DNA of 39,720 nt from a virus (taxonomy: Duplodnaviria > Caudoviricetes): the IMG/VR virus record IMGVR_UViG_3300030207_003925, positions 1-39,720 of that record, one strand, 5' to 3'. This document shows positions 28,168 to 37,548 of the stretch, piece after piece (positions within the stretch are counted from its first letter, which is position 1; every line of letters begins with the position of its first letter). Position numbers and translations under genes: made by a program. Under the pieces are notes generated by a model. It saw nothing but the letters and a program-made list of their open reading frames with translations. It ran no database searches and was not told where the DNA came from.

Positions 28168-29586
28168 TTAATATGGAGGAAGTAGATTTGTTACCAATAG
28201 AGTGTTGTTTTCTTGTTGTAAATAAAATCCATCATTGCCATCTCCCTCCAAAAGGATAAAATCCTCCACTTTCTCCATACCTAAGACCCCACTAATAAAG
28301 AGGCCATTTGTTCTATCATCCGGGTTTATCTCTACATTAAAGTTCGCTGAGAAAGTTTTGTTGGGTCCAATAGACGCCCCATAAGAGAAGTTCTGTAACT
28401 TAGCCCCTTTAAAGGTATATCTTAGAGCTTCTTCTTGGGTGTTGATCGGAATTTTTCCAGCGTTAATTGGAGCTAAAGTAGGCTTTTCGCAATTTTGCGG
28501 ATCTACTTTGATAGTAAAATCATATCCGCTATTTATAGAGATCAGATCTACAAGAGTACCGCTATTACCTGATTCAACTAATGCGTCTATGGAAAGATTT
28601 GCATATATAGTACTAGTAGCCCTATTATCTACAGGGAACCTATATCCTAAATTACTTAGCTCTTGCCTATTTAAATCCATAGAGATGCTATATCCCTGTA
28701 TATGGAGTTTGTCAAAATCTACACCAAGCCCTGAAAAAGAATCAGTTGTTAGAGTTATGTCTCCGGGAGCAAGGGCAGCGTAACCTTCTTCAGCTAAAGT
28801 TTTAGGTATAACAACCTCTCTCTGGGGGCTGATAGTCCCACTTTTAGTTTCTATTCCCGGCGCTTGAAAACCGCTACCGCTCATGGTAAAAGAAGCATTA
28901 TAAGCTGTATAAGAAACTGAAGCAGAAGGCAAACCACCTACTGCAGCGCTGGTTGAATAAGAATTTAAATAACAGTTTCCAAATCCTATAACGTGATAAT
29001 CTGGCGAATTAGGATCTATAGACTGATGCTCGTCAGGCTGATTAAAGTCTTCTTTAAATTGTCTCCCGTATAAGTCATTTCCTTCTTGATTTACAACGAC
29101 ATATATATTCTTTCCGTCTCTATATCTATTTAATGGAAAGTCTTCCCAAATCTTTCTGGCCTCATCGTTCTTGTTGGGGTTAAAAAATCCCGATAAAAGA
29201 GATACTTGCTCATTGTCTGGATAGTAAGATTGACCACTAAACGGATAATTATACAAAGGGTAATTTACATTCAGTCCAAGTCGTGCCTCATTTTTGGTAC
29301 CGCACAGTAAATAATTAAAATTAACATTAACCGTGGGATGGTTAATTATAGGTCTATCAACTAGACCGCGTTGATTAATTTGAGTAATATCCGTGTGAGG
29401 AACATTGATAGAATAAGAAACAGATTGAACCCTGTCTATTGGATTCAACCTGTTAATCTTTTGAACTAAATTGGAGTCGTCGTTTACCGGTAAAGGCTCA
29501 TAATAATTAAAAAAGTTTTTACCACTTTCTGGAGCAGGTCCTAGAAATAAAGCCTGACAGTTGTAAATTACAGTTGGCTTTGCCAT
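28168..29586 (-). CDS. Structural protein, tail-tube-like
   Basis: RVQSVSYSINVPHTDITQ...PTVNVNFNY and IQGYSISMDLNRQEL..LG..FP patterns suggest duplicated tube-type beta domains. It follows the portal gene. Confidence 0.5.
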   Translation of the reverse strand: MAKPTVIYNCQALFLGPAPESGKNFFNYYEPLPVNDDSNLVQKINRLNPIDRVQSVSYSINVPHTDITQINQRGLVDRPIINHPTVNVNFNYLLCGTKNEARLGLNVNYPLYNYPFSGQSYYPDNEQVSLLSGFFNPNKNDEARKIWEDFPLNRYRDGKNIYVVVNQEGNDLYGRQFKEDFNQPDEHQSIDPNSPDYHVIGFGNCYLNSYSTSAAVGGLPSASVSYTAYNASFTMSGSGFQAPGIETKSGTISPQREVVIPKTLAEEGYAALAPGDITLTTDSFSGLGVDFDKLHIQGYSISMDLNRQELSNLGYRFPVDNRATSTIYANLSIDALVESGNSGTLVDLISINSGYDFTIKVDPQNCEKPTLAPINAGKIPINTQEEALRYTFKGAKLQNFSYGASIGPNKTFSANFNVEINPDDRTNGLFISGVLGMEKVEDFILLEGDGNDGFYLQQENNTLLVTNLLPPY

Positions 29587-31460
29587 TACGCATCTCCTTC
29601 ATAAACGCTCGCATAAAGTATTCCAGCTAAGAAGTCATCAACTTGATGTTCCAGCGCAACATCTTGAATCTTTTTAACTCTTTCGTGGTTTCTGTCTGTG
29701 GGTTCGGCTGCGTACCTTCCGGCTTTTGCCAACCAGTTCTCTGGATCTTCGTTAGCTATAACTATATTTGTTATTTCTCTAGCTACTTCTTTTTGCTGCT
29801 TGCTTAACCTTTTTCTACTATGAATCTGCCTCAATGAGGCTTCTACTTCTAAGTTTAACTTGTCTGATAAATTTAAGTTATCTTGGATTTTAGTTAAACT
29901 AAAATTAAGGGCGGCCTTAGTTCCTATGGGAGTTTTAGTATCCGTCTCTTTTGGGGTATTGCTTCCTGCAGGCCTCCCGCTCATCTGAGGACCTTTAGCG
30001 CCGCCAATAATAGGCTCATAAAGTCCTTCGTTTCTCAGCTCTTTAAATTTACGCTGAGACTCAAGCGATTCTTCTTCAGTTGGAAAGCGCCCAGATTCTA
30101 TAGCTTGAACGCCTTCTTCTGGGGTGAGAACCCCTAATTCAATAAGTCTGCTATAAACTCTTGAGTAAACTGAAGTGTCTCTCAAATCAACATCCTCAAA
30201 GTGAGCGTTGGGATAATTTTTAAAACCCATTTCCTTTGATATGCGTCTTATCTCAGGCATCAAGAAGTTCTCTAAAAATACTCTACGTGCCTGTTTTAAG
30301 CGCTCCATGAATACCTGAACCTTAATACTAGTGTTAGCAAATTTTTCATCGCTAAGAAGAATGTTATTAAGACCCATTTGTATATCTTGATTAACAACGT
30401 CGTATTTTCGGGGATCTAATATATTAGCAATATCAGGAATAACAAATTTAGCATCAGTAGTATAATCCGATATCAGGACACGACCAACGGACTCATTCTC
30501 AAATAGCTTCTGCATGGCCATGAGATTTCTTTGATTAACTCCGCCGTCTTGAGGCTTCGCCCCCATCGTAACTAACAGAATGGCTTGGTTGGTAGTACGA
30601 GCTACAGCCATATCCATTTGCTTCATTTCCTGCTTCCAGTTTATATCCTCTAGCACTGGATAACCCATCGGAACTGCAAACGGTTCATAGTCTTGCTTTT
30701 TATAGAAAACAGCTATGAGTTTATCCGTGTCCAACGGAATAGTCACCGCGCTCATACCTACGCGTTTAGTATCATTTATTAAGTCTTTCGTTTGCTGAGG
30801 TAAACTGTCAAACACTTCTTGCTGCTCCTCTGTTTGAGGATGTCTTAGAAGCTGTAGTTCGTAATCAGTCACAACTTTATAATAAACGCCTGTGCTGAAA
30901 GAAATGCTTCCTTGAAGCTGTATGTCAGAAGGGTTAAGAATAATATACTTAGAAGGTATCTGCAATTCTTCTGAGGCTTGACTCAGACCAAAAGTTTGGT
31001 TTATTTTAAATGCGTCAGACTTTTCCATCTTTGCATCAAATCTGTGCATGAATACATTTCCTGATCTGTAGTACTCTCTAAAGAATCTACTTTGAAGATC
31101 GTCAATGTTTATCTTTTTAAATAAAGTGTCAAAGAACTCTCTCGACTTCCTGCTGCCCCCCGTATAATAAAGATCGCTGATAGAGAATTCTGTCATTAGA
31201 TCTATAGTATTTCTGAATACAGAGAAATTGTAATAAGCCTTTTGACACAGAATAATTGTATCCCGAACATCAATATTAGAGTTATTGCTGACTCCATGGG
31301 AATACTTGAACGGAATCATGCCGTTATCGATATTCCTGAATCTATCTGTCCGCGGGATATCGGCAGCAGCGTTTCTGCGTCGACCTGTCTGAGAGGCTTT
31401 TGCTTCATGCATTGCCATCAGTGGTTCCGCACCTTGTTCCGTTTTCTTCCTTACAGCCAT
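29586..31460 (-). CDS. Portal protein
   Basis: 624 aa immediately after the large terminase. AYYN..VFRNTIDLM.EF and FFREYYRSGNVF are portal-like segments. Confidence 0.8.
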   Translation of the reverse strand: MAVRKKTEQGAEPLMAMHEAKASQTGRRRNAAADIPRTDRFRNIDNGMIPFKYSHGVSNNSNIDVRDTIILCQKAYYNFSVFRNTIDLMTEFSISDLYYTGGSRKSREFFDTLFKKINIDDLQSRFFREYYRSGNVFMHRFDAKMEKSDAFKINQTFGLSQASEELQIPSKYIILNPSDIQLQGSISFSTGVYYKVVTDYELQLLRHPQTEEQQEVFDSLPQQTKDLINDTKRVGMSAVTIPLDTDKLIAVFYKKQDYEPFAVPMGYPVLEDINWKQEMKQMDMAVARTTNQAILLVTMGAKPQDGGVNQRNLMAMQKLFENESVGRVLISDYTTDAKFVIPDIANILDPRKYDVVNQDIQMGLNNILLSDEKFANTSIKVQVFMERLKQARRVFLENFLMPEIRRISKEMGFKNYPNAHFEDVDLRDTSVYSRVYSRLIELGVLTPEEGVQAIESGRFPTEEESLESQRKFKELRNEGLYEPIIGGAKGPQMSGRPAGSNTPKETDTKTPIGTKAALNFSLTKIQDNLNLSDKLNLEVEASLRQIHSRKRLSKQQKEVAREITNIVIANEDPENWLAKAGRYAAEPTDRNHERVKKIQDVALEHQVDDFLAGILYASVYEGDA

Positions 31461-31473
31461 AATTTACTTTAAT

Positions 31474-31481
31474 TTTACACT
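31474..31481 (-). promoter_or_regulatory. GTGTA motif (AGTGTAAA) before the portal gene
   Basis: tacac at 31476-31480 in a 20-nt gap between terminase and portal. Confidence 0.7.
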
Positions 31482-33313
31482 TAACCTAGCATTCTGGGAG
31501 TAAAAGTGTGATTAATTTGTTCAACTTGAGTATTTTTAAGATCATTATAAGCCTTAACCGCCCAGTTTCCTAACATTAAAGTAGTGTAATTATCCTTTCT
31601 AGCACGGTTAGCGGAAGTGCTTCTTTTTAAATGCTGGGGAAGATCAAAAGTCTGAACTCCTTTCGCTGTGGTTTTAACCTCAACTAACGCGCATTGTTTT
31701 CTGGTCTGATAAATTATGTCATCTTGGAACTCAATCAAGTCTCCCTTATTTTCATAAGGCATGAGCTTGACAGGAACAGCTTGGGCCGAAGCCTTGTCAA
31801 AGAAGCTGCCGCAAGCGGCGGTTCGAGAAGCGAACCAAATCCTTTTATGATCTATGGAAGCCTGAAGATACTCATTAGCCTCGCGAAGAAAAGTACTTGA
31901 AAATAACTGCTTGAAACAAATAACGTTTTCTTTTACATTATACTGGCTTTTAGCCTTCATAAGCATTTGTTGGTAATCGTTTCCAGTCTTATCGCTATTA
32001 AAATCAAAAAACTTTAAGTTCATCTTAGCGTCTCTAAAGAGCTCTGACTCGTTCGCGCTATCTATAAATTGATATCCAGCGTTATCTATAATTAATAACT
32101 CTATTTTAAAGCTGGTCATTAAGTAAGAAAGATATTTTATATGGTCTTTCAAGTCTCCGCCTGCTACGGCATAGGCATGAACTAATGTAGATTCATTACC
32201 TTTTTCTTCATCCAGCTCCAAAACAGACATGGCAAAATAATCCGAACTTGGGCTGTTACTGAAACTCGGGTCGATAGCTAAAATATATTTTTTTTCAGGA
32301 TCTCCTTTTATTAAAGTATGCTGTTTCTCTCCGTCCGGAATAGTGCAGTCATGCATTTTCTTCGCGCTAAAATAACTATCACTTCCATCAGTGAACTGAG
32401 CGCAATACTCTCTTTGGAAAGAGGAATTCGACGAGCCTCCAGACTGCGCCTCCTCAATAACTGTGCTATCAATCATATCAGAGGGAATAGAATCGAAAGC
32501 CATCTGAGATATAAAATAATTAGACTGTTGTATATCCTCAGAGTAAATATTATTCATCCACTCTTTGTATGTTTTATACAGGTTCTCAAAACTAAAACTG
32601 GCAGAAGACAAAGCTATCATCTTGGAGTTGTTCTGAAATTGAACCCTATCTTCTTCTTTCATGTCACCTTTTTTGATTAGCTCGTCCTCCATTTCTCGTA
32701 TCTTGATACGTTCAGCCATATCTTGAGGAGCGACCAAAAAGGGCATGAGTACTGTTTTGATAGTCTCCTCTGGTAGAAGTAAGAACTCGTCAAGGACTAG
32801 AATGTTAGCGCGGAAACCACGAATCTTTTCTCCACTAAGGGGGATTGCTGTAATCGTGCCTTCATTTATTTTCCACTCAAACTGATCGTTACGTTTAGAT
32901 TTAGCTCCAAAAGCATGAGCTAACATTTGCGCCTCTTTCGATTCGACTATTTTTTCCAAGTTATTGAATATGAATCTAGCGGTACGAAAGGTAGGTCCAG
33001 CAATTAGTATCTTAGTTCTAGGCTCGAAAATACATTGTAAAAAACAATATACGGCTGCGATGAAACTCTTGCCGCATCCACGTCCCCATACGCACATGCT
33101 AAAGTTACGGTTGAAAAAAGCTTTTAGCGTTATCTCTTGATATAGGGCAAGCTTAATCCCGGAAAGAAGCTCGGTGGTAAATCCCAAATTAGCCCGCATA
33201 AATTTAGCTAAACTAATCTTAGCTTGCCGATCTGGAAGCTCTCCTTTTAGATCAAGCAGCTCTTGATTTAAATTCGGAATAGGTTTTGAATATTTTTCTG
33301 GGCAGTACCACAT
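31481..33313 (-). CDS. terL: Terminase large subunit
   Basis: Walker A GRGCGKS, IRGFRANILVLDE (Walker B), FQREYCAQF, and RNase H-like nuclease motifs LAIDPS...SDYFA...IIDNAG...RKD. Confidence 0.93.
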   Translation of the reverse strand: MWYCPEKYSKPIPNLNQELLDLKGELPDRQAKISLAKFMRANLGFTTELLSGIKLALYQEITLKAFFNRNFSMCVWGRGCGKSFIAAVYCFLQCIFEPRTKILIAGPTFRTARFIFNNLEKIVESKEAQMLAHAFGAKSKRNDQFEWKINEGTITAIPLSGEKIRGFRANILVLDEFLLLPEETIKTVLMPFLVAPQDMAERIKIREMEDELIKKGDMKEEDRVQFQNNSKMIALSSASFSFENLYKTYKEWMNNIYSEDIQQSNYFISQMAFDSIPSDMIDSTVIEEAQSGGSSNSSFQREYCAQFTDGSDSYFSAKKMHDCTIPDGEKQHTLIKGDPEKKYILAIDPSFSNSPSSDYFAMSVLELDEEKGNESTLVHAYAVAGGDLKDHIKYLSYLMTSFKIELLIIDNAGYQFIDSANESELFRDAKMNLKFFDFNSDKTGNDYQQMLMKAKSQYNVKENVICFKQLFSSTFLREANEYLQASIDHKRIWFASRTAACGSFFDKASAQAVPVKLMPYENKGDLIEFQDDIIYQTRKQCALVEVKTTAKGVQTFDLPQHLKRSTSANRARKDNYTTLMLGNWAVKAYNDLKNTQVEQINHTFTPRMLG

Positions 33314-34251
33314 TATAATAATTTTAGATCATAAGCAAGCTGGAGGTCGTGCTTTTCTTTCAATACGTCTGACAATAAAAGTTTTTTTATGATCCTCACG
33401 CACTCTTTTCTACCGTTAACGAAAAGAAACTGTATATGAGGAAACTCTTGGATCAAATCTCTTACATTGTGAAAAATAAAATCAGGAGTCACTCTAGTGT
33501 TCTTCTTGTAGACATAAGGAAGTCTGTTAAAAGCTAGACACTCATCAAGCTTCCTTTCTACTAATATTACCATATAAGCATTTTCTTCTGCGGCTCTATT
33601 TATTTCATTTTTAAATCTTTCTAAGCCGGAGCTTAGAGTGCCTATCAAATCGGGAACAGATTTTCTCTCAATATATGTATTATGAGTTTTTTCCTTGTCG
33701 TTTAAACAGTAGTCTCCAAACTTCAGACCTTTGACTTCGGTTGGAAAATCATTTATCTTCAATGGGTTCTGCTCTCGAGAGTCTATATAAATTAAATGCT
33801 CACTTGAAAAAGTCTCTTCATACTCTTTTTTAATGGGGATGTTTTTAAACTTATTCTTATAGCCTATCTGTTCGCAAAGCTTATAATAGCTGTCAAAAAT
33901 AACTTCATAGTAAGATATAGGAGGTATAGGAAGAGTTCTAAGCTCAACTTGGGTAGGAGTGTATTTTAAATTTTTTTCAGTTTTTCTTTTCTCAAGGATA
34001 TCTCTACAATATTCCTGAGCCTTTTCTATAGGAATTCTTTTCAACCAGTTCTTTAAATTTCCTTTGCTGTTAAAATCGGAAGCAAAGTACTGGTCTTTAT
34101 TTTTAAATTTTATTAAATGTCCTGTATGTAAATCTTTCCTTGGGTAATGCTTATGGTAATAGTCAGCGATAGACAATTTATGAGCCTTCAGATGAAGATG
34201 AAGACCTTTATCTTTTTCAAATTCTTTCCCACATTCTTGACACTTAACCAT
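33313..34251 (-). CDS. C2H2 zinc finger plus ERCC4 (XPF/Mus81-type) nuclease
   Basis: N-terminal CQEC...HLKAH. C-terminal IDSREQ...GDY...IERKSVPD matches the ERCC4 GDx(n)ERKx3D motif. Confidence 0.85.
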   Translation of the reverse strand: MVKCQECGKEFEKDKGLHLHLKAHKLSIADYYHKHYPRKDLHTGHLIKFKNKDQYFASDFNSKGNLKNWLKRIPIEKAQEYCRDILEKRKTEKNLKYTPTQVELRTLPIPPISYYEVIFDSYYKLCEQIGYKNKFKNIPIKKEYEETFSSEHLIYIDSREQNPLKINDFPTEVKGLKFGDYCLNDKEKTHNTYIERKSVPDLIGTLSSGLERFKNEINRAAEENAYMVILVERKLDECLAFNRLPYVYKKNTRVTPDFIFHNVRDLIQEFPHIQFLFVNGRKECVRIIKKLLLSDVLKEKHDLQLAYDLKLL

Positions 34252-35353
34252 TTAAAACTTCTTCTTCGCTGATGCCCATAATACGCGATTTTATATCCTC
34301 CATAGAGCTTAATCTCTCAATCTCCGCGGATACATTTTTCTTCCGTATCTCTGCGATCTTTATCATTTTATTCCTAGATTCTTCATCTTTCCAAAGTTCT
34401 ACAAGGTTTAGTATGGAGGCAGATTCTTGTAAAACCTTACTGAGCCTTTGACTTCTTTTTTCTTTCAACTCATTAAGGAGTTTAGTCTGTCTATTAACGC
34501 ATTGATTGTATTCGGTTTGCGCGGTGTTGATTGCCTCTACTAAACTCATAGCCATCCTGCGCCCCTCGGTATCTTCCGCGTTTTGATCTAGTAGGGTTTG
34601 CAACCTTTCCACTCTCCTTTGTATATTTGAGGCTATAACTACCTCCGCAGAGAGTACTATGTACTGATCAACCTCCTCTTGAGAAAGGTCGGACTTGTCC
34701 CAAGTATATCTAACAAAGCTACTCTCAAATAACTCGCGATCCGTCTCGATTGCATAGGTACTAATTTGATGTAAGAACCTGAACGTATGCATATAAGCAA
34801 TTAAGGTGTTCATGTTCTTTTTTATCTTAGGGGTTATTTTTTCTTTATCTATACCGTTGTGTACGTATTTATTAACCCTTACTATCGCTCTGGATTCTGA
34901 CTTAGGCGGAGCGTACCCTCCATCTACGGGGACTTCGTCATTAGTATCTGAGTACTTAATTTGATTAGGAAGTTCGTTAATATATTCTGCGACTACCTTG
35001 TACCTTAAATCTAGAGCTGCTATTTTATTATCTTCAAAAATTAAACGGGCCATATCCATAGGTTTCATGGCGCTACAATTATTATCTATAAATTCTTTTT
35101 GGTCTTCTGTCAGCTCGACTTTTTCTTTTGGGTAATACTTGTGAGAAACTTTTGCGTTTAAGCTCTTCTCGGCTAAAAACTTTTTTACTGCTCTTCCGTA
35201 TTTAGATCTACCGTCTACCATCTCCTCTGGTATATCGGGAAATACAAGTTTTATTAGTTCCTTAATGTAAGGGGGGTCATCAGTTCTTTTATTCCACTCT
35301 TCTAGAATGGCTAACTGCTGGCCTTCGCTAAGATCTATATTTTTAGACTTCAT
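34244..35353 (-). CDS. Conserved helical protein, possible terminase small subunit
   Basis: 369 aa with an HTH-like segment and a long C-terminal coiled coil, two genes upstream of terL. Function is inferred from position only. Confidence 0.45.
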   Translation of the reverse strand: MKSKNIDLSEGQQLAILEEWNKRTDDPPYIKELIKLVFPDIPEEMVDGRSKYGRAVKKFLAEKSLNAKVSHKYYPKEKVELTEDQKEFIDNNCSAMKPMDMARLIFEDNKIAALDLRYKVVAEYINELPNQIKYSDTNDEVPVDGGYAPPKSESRAIVRVNKYVHNGIDKEKITPKIKKNMNTLIAYMHTFRFLHQISTYAIETDRELFESSFVRYTWDKSDLSQEEVDQYIVLSAEVVIASNIQRRVERLQTLLDQNAEDTEGRRMAMSLVEAINTAQTEYNQCVNRQTKLLNELKEKRSQRLSKVLQESASILNLVELWKDEESRNKMIKIAEIRKKNVSAEIERLSSMEDIKSRIMGISEEEVLNG

Positions 35354-36033
35354 ATTATTTCAACCTCGCCGCTGTGTATTATTTTTTTTACTTTTTGTAT
35401 TATGGCCTTTTTGACATTTTTAATTTGTTTATACCCCGGAACTCTATTTTTCTCATTAGTCTTATAACCCATTAGAGTGGCAGCTTTTTCCTCTGAAAGA
35501 TTGTCTATGTATAAAGCTTTGTATATTTTCCATTCCGCAGGTTTTAAAATTTCTTTCATTTTTGTATTCAACTTATTCATGAGTGACATTATATCTATAT
35601 CGCTATATTCTGCTGAATTTATTTCATACTCATGATCATTTATGGATACTGGAAGTTTGGCATCATAAGCTTGCTTTCTAGTCCTCACCCAATTCGCAAA
35701 TAGTGGACAAGCTTCGGATTGCTTGCCGTAAATGTAACATAGATCCCCAGACTCGGCCGCTGCACATTTCAAACATGGACGACAGTAATTCCCGTAATTG
35801 TTACGTATCAGATTTTTTATTTGATTGGATATAATCCTATTGATCCAAGGATTAAGAGGTTTTTTAGGGTCATAAAGATGCCATTTTCTAAAAATATGAA
35901 TTCTTAGAATCTGCGAGACATCGTCGAAATCCATCCAAGCAAGAGCCGTCAAGTTCCACTTAGACTTTCTTTTTTTTATTTCGACATCTATCTGTTCTAT
36001 AAAGTCTTCAAACTGAGGTTTACGTTTGGGCAT
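35350..36033 (-). CDS. ECF/sigma70-family sigma-factor-like protein with Cys-rich insertion
   Basis: Region 2-like DFDDVSQ...YDPKKPLNPWINRIISNQIKNLIR. Region 4-like LKPAEWKIY..LY..NLSEEKAATLMG. Insert CRPCLKC...C...C. Confidence 0.75.
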   Translation of the reverse strand: MPKRKPQFEDFIEQIDVEIKKRKSKWNLTALAWMDFDDVSQILRIHIFRKWHLYDPKKPLNPWINRIISNQIKNLIRNNYGNYCRPCLKCAAAESGDLCYIYGKQSEACPLFANWVRTRKQAYDAKLPVSINDHEYEINSAEYSDIDIMSLMNKLNTKMKEILKPAEWKIYKALYIDNLSEEKAATLMGYKTNEKNRVPGYKQIKNVKKAIIQKVKKIIHSGEVEII

Positions 36034-36409
36034 CGTTAAAGCGGGATGACCCAGCGTCTCTTAGAAAATCTTGCGCAATAGTTTCTTTTGAATAGCTTGA
36101 GTCTACCTCCCTCTGATAGCCGTCGTCTATACTGTTTGGATTTGACCCCGCAATGTCTTCCAGTCTAGTCGGCCGCACCCTTCTCTCTCCTTGAATTTCG
36201 AAATCTAATTTACTCATATTCGTAGAAAAGTACTCCTCTTCTTCTTCCTCAATTTCTACTCTTGCTACACTGGGTACGGGTTTAAATACTTTCTTAGCTG
36301 GAGCTGCGCTAGCCGTAGAAGTAAATGAACTGCCGCAGCTAGCACAAAACTTTGGCTTGTTCAAAGAATATTCAGTACCAGAACCACAAGATAGACAATA
36401 CATTTTCAT
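36020..36409 (-). CDS. Zinc-ribbon protein with acidic tail
   Basis: YCLSCG...PKFCASCG followed by a poly-Glu tract. Confidence 0.75.
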   Translation of the reverse strand: MKMYCLSCGSGTEYSLNKPKFCASCGSSFTSTASAAPAKKVFKPVPSVARVEIEEEEEEYFSTNMSKLDFEIQGERRVRPTRLEDIAGSNPNSIDDGYQREVDSSYSKETIAQDFLRDAGSSRFNDAQT

Positions 36410-36416
36410 AAATATG

Positions 36417-36467
36417 ATTACACAAAATATATTATTAAAAAATAAAGGTTTTTCAAAAAAAGTGTAT
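36417..36467. promoter_or_regulatory. Divergent pair of GTGTA motifs
   Basis: tacac 36419-36423 (9 nt before minus ATG 36409) and gtgta 36462-36466 (13 nt before plus ATG 36480). Confidence 0.7.
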
Positions 36468-36479
36468 TACATAATAGGT

Positions 36480-36764
36480 ATGCAGGATTCCAAATTCACT
36501 AATGCGGACGGCGTAGAATACGAATTATTATGGAAAAAACCGCATTATAAATATAACGCAGAGGGACTTTGCTGTTCTCCTGAAGCAGAAAACCCCCAAA
36601 TACTAATAGACCCCAACTTAAAAGATCGGCGCAAAATGAGCGTCTTAATAGAAGAAATAACTCACGCCTTCTTTTGGGAAAAAAGCGAAAGGGAAGTAAG
36701 GAAGTTCTCCTCTACGTTATCTAAATTAATTCAAAAAAATATCAATAAGTCTCGTTCTCGTTAA
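36480..36764 (+). CDS. Small zincin-like (metallopeptidase-fold) protein with variant EExxH motif
   Basis: ATG 36480 after a GTGTA motif. G.C...I.IDP.L...VLIEEITHA resembles HExxH minimal zincins, with the first His replaced by Glu. Confidence 0.6.
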   Translation: MQDSKFTNADGVEYELLWKKPHYKYNAEGLCCSPEAENPQILIDPNLKDRRKMSVLIEEITHAFFWEKSEREVRKFSSTLSKLIQKNINKSRSR

Positions 36765-37503
36765 TTTTTGTAACTATAAATTTAGTTAGTTCTGACCTTA
36801 CGATATCTTCTTCGTTGAACTCAAAAGTATGAATACCCATTTTCTTACTCTCTTCGTCATCGAAAATATCAAAGAGTTTTAAAAATCCTCCTCTATTACC
36901 ATTTTTTAAATCAGTCTGCATAGGATCGGCCATAATAAAGCATCTAGAATATTTGCCTATTCTGGTTAGTACTGTAACTATTTCCCTGAAAGAACTATTT
37001 TGAGCTTCGTCTAATAAAATAGCCTTACCGTTCCAACTCATTCCTCTGGCAAAATTAACGGGATGTATAGAAACTCTTTTTTCTTTTTGTAGCTTTTTTA
37101 CAGTTTCCTCGCTTAGAAGTTCATCCAACTTGTCCATAAACGGCAAGTTGTAATAATGAAGTTTTTCATCTGCGTCTCCGGGAAGAAAACCTAATCGAGA
37201 ATCAGAACTTTCTACTGCGGAGCGCATATAAATGACATCAGATACTTTTGAGTTGTTTAGTAATTGAAGCGCCGAATAAACAGCAGTTAGAGTTTTTGAG
37301 CTTCCTGCTGGACCTTTACATAATATTAACCTTGTAGATCTATCTAAAGAAATGTCTATGAAACGTTTTTGTTTTTCTGTCCAAGGCAGCTCATCTATGT
37401 AAAAATTATCCCTAGGCTTTATTGGATCCCTTTGATGAATTTTAATCCGTCCGTCCGCAATATCGAGAGAATCAAAATCTCCCGTACTCTTTACTTTTGA
37501 CAT
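36742..37503 (-). CDS. phoH: PhoH-family ATPase
   Basis: GPAGSSKT, LGFLPGDADEK, RGMSW, ILLDEAQN, LTRIG, D..Q.DL and DIVRS motifs. Start corrected to ATG 37503. Confidence 0.93.
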   Translation of the reverse strand: MSKVKSTGDFDSLDIADGRIKIHQRDPIKPRDNFYIDELPWTEKQKRFIDISLDRSTRLILCKGPAGSSKTLTAVYSALQLLNNSKVSDVIYMRSAVESSDSRLGFLPGDADEKLHYYNLPFMDKLDELLSEETVKKLQKEKRVSIHPVNFARGMSWNGKAILLDEAQNSSFREIVTVLTRIGKYSRCFIMADPMQTDLKNGNRGGFLKLFDIFDDEESKKMGIHTFEFNEEDIVRSELTKFIVTKINENETY

Positions 37504-37512
37504 CACAATCAT

Positions 37513-37534
37513 TTTACACTGAAAAAAGTGTAAT
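37513..37534. promoter_or_regulatory. Back-to-back GTGTA motifs (ttacact-gaaaaa-agtgtaa)
   Basis: tacac 37515-37519 and gtgta 37528-37532, between divergent phoH and mscS-like genes. Confidence 0.7.
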
Positions 37535-37548
37535 AAACAAAGAAACTT

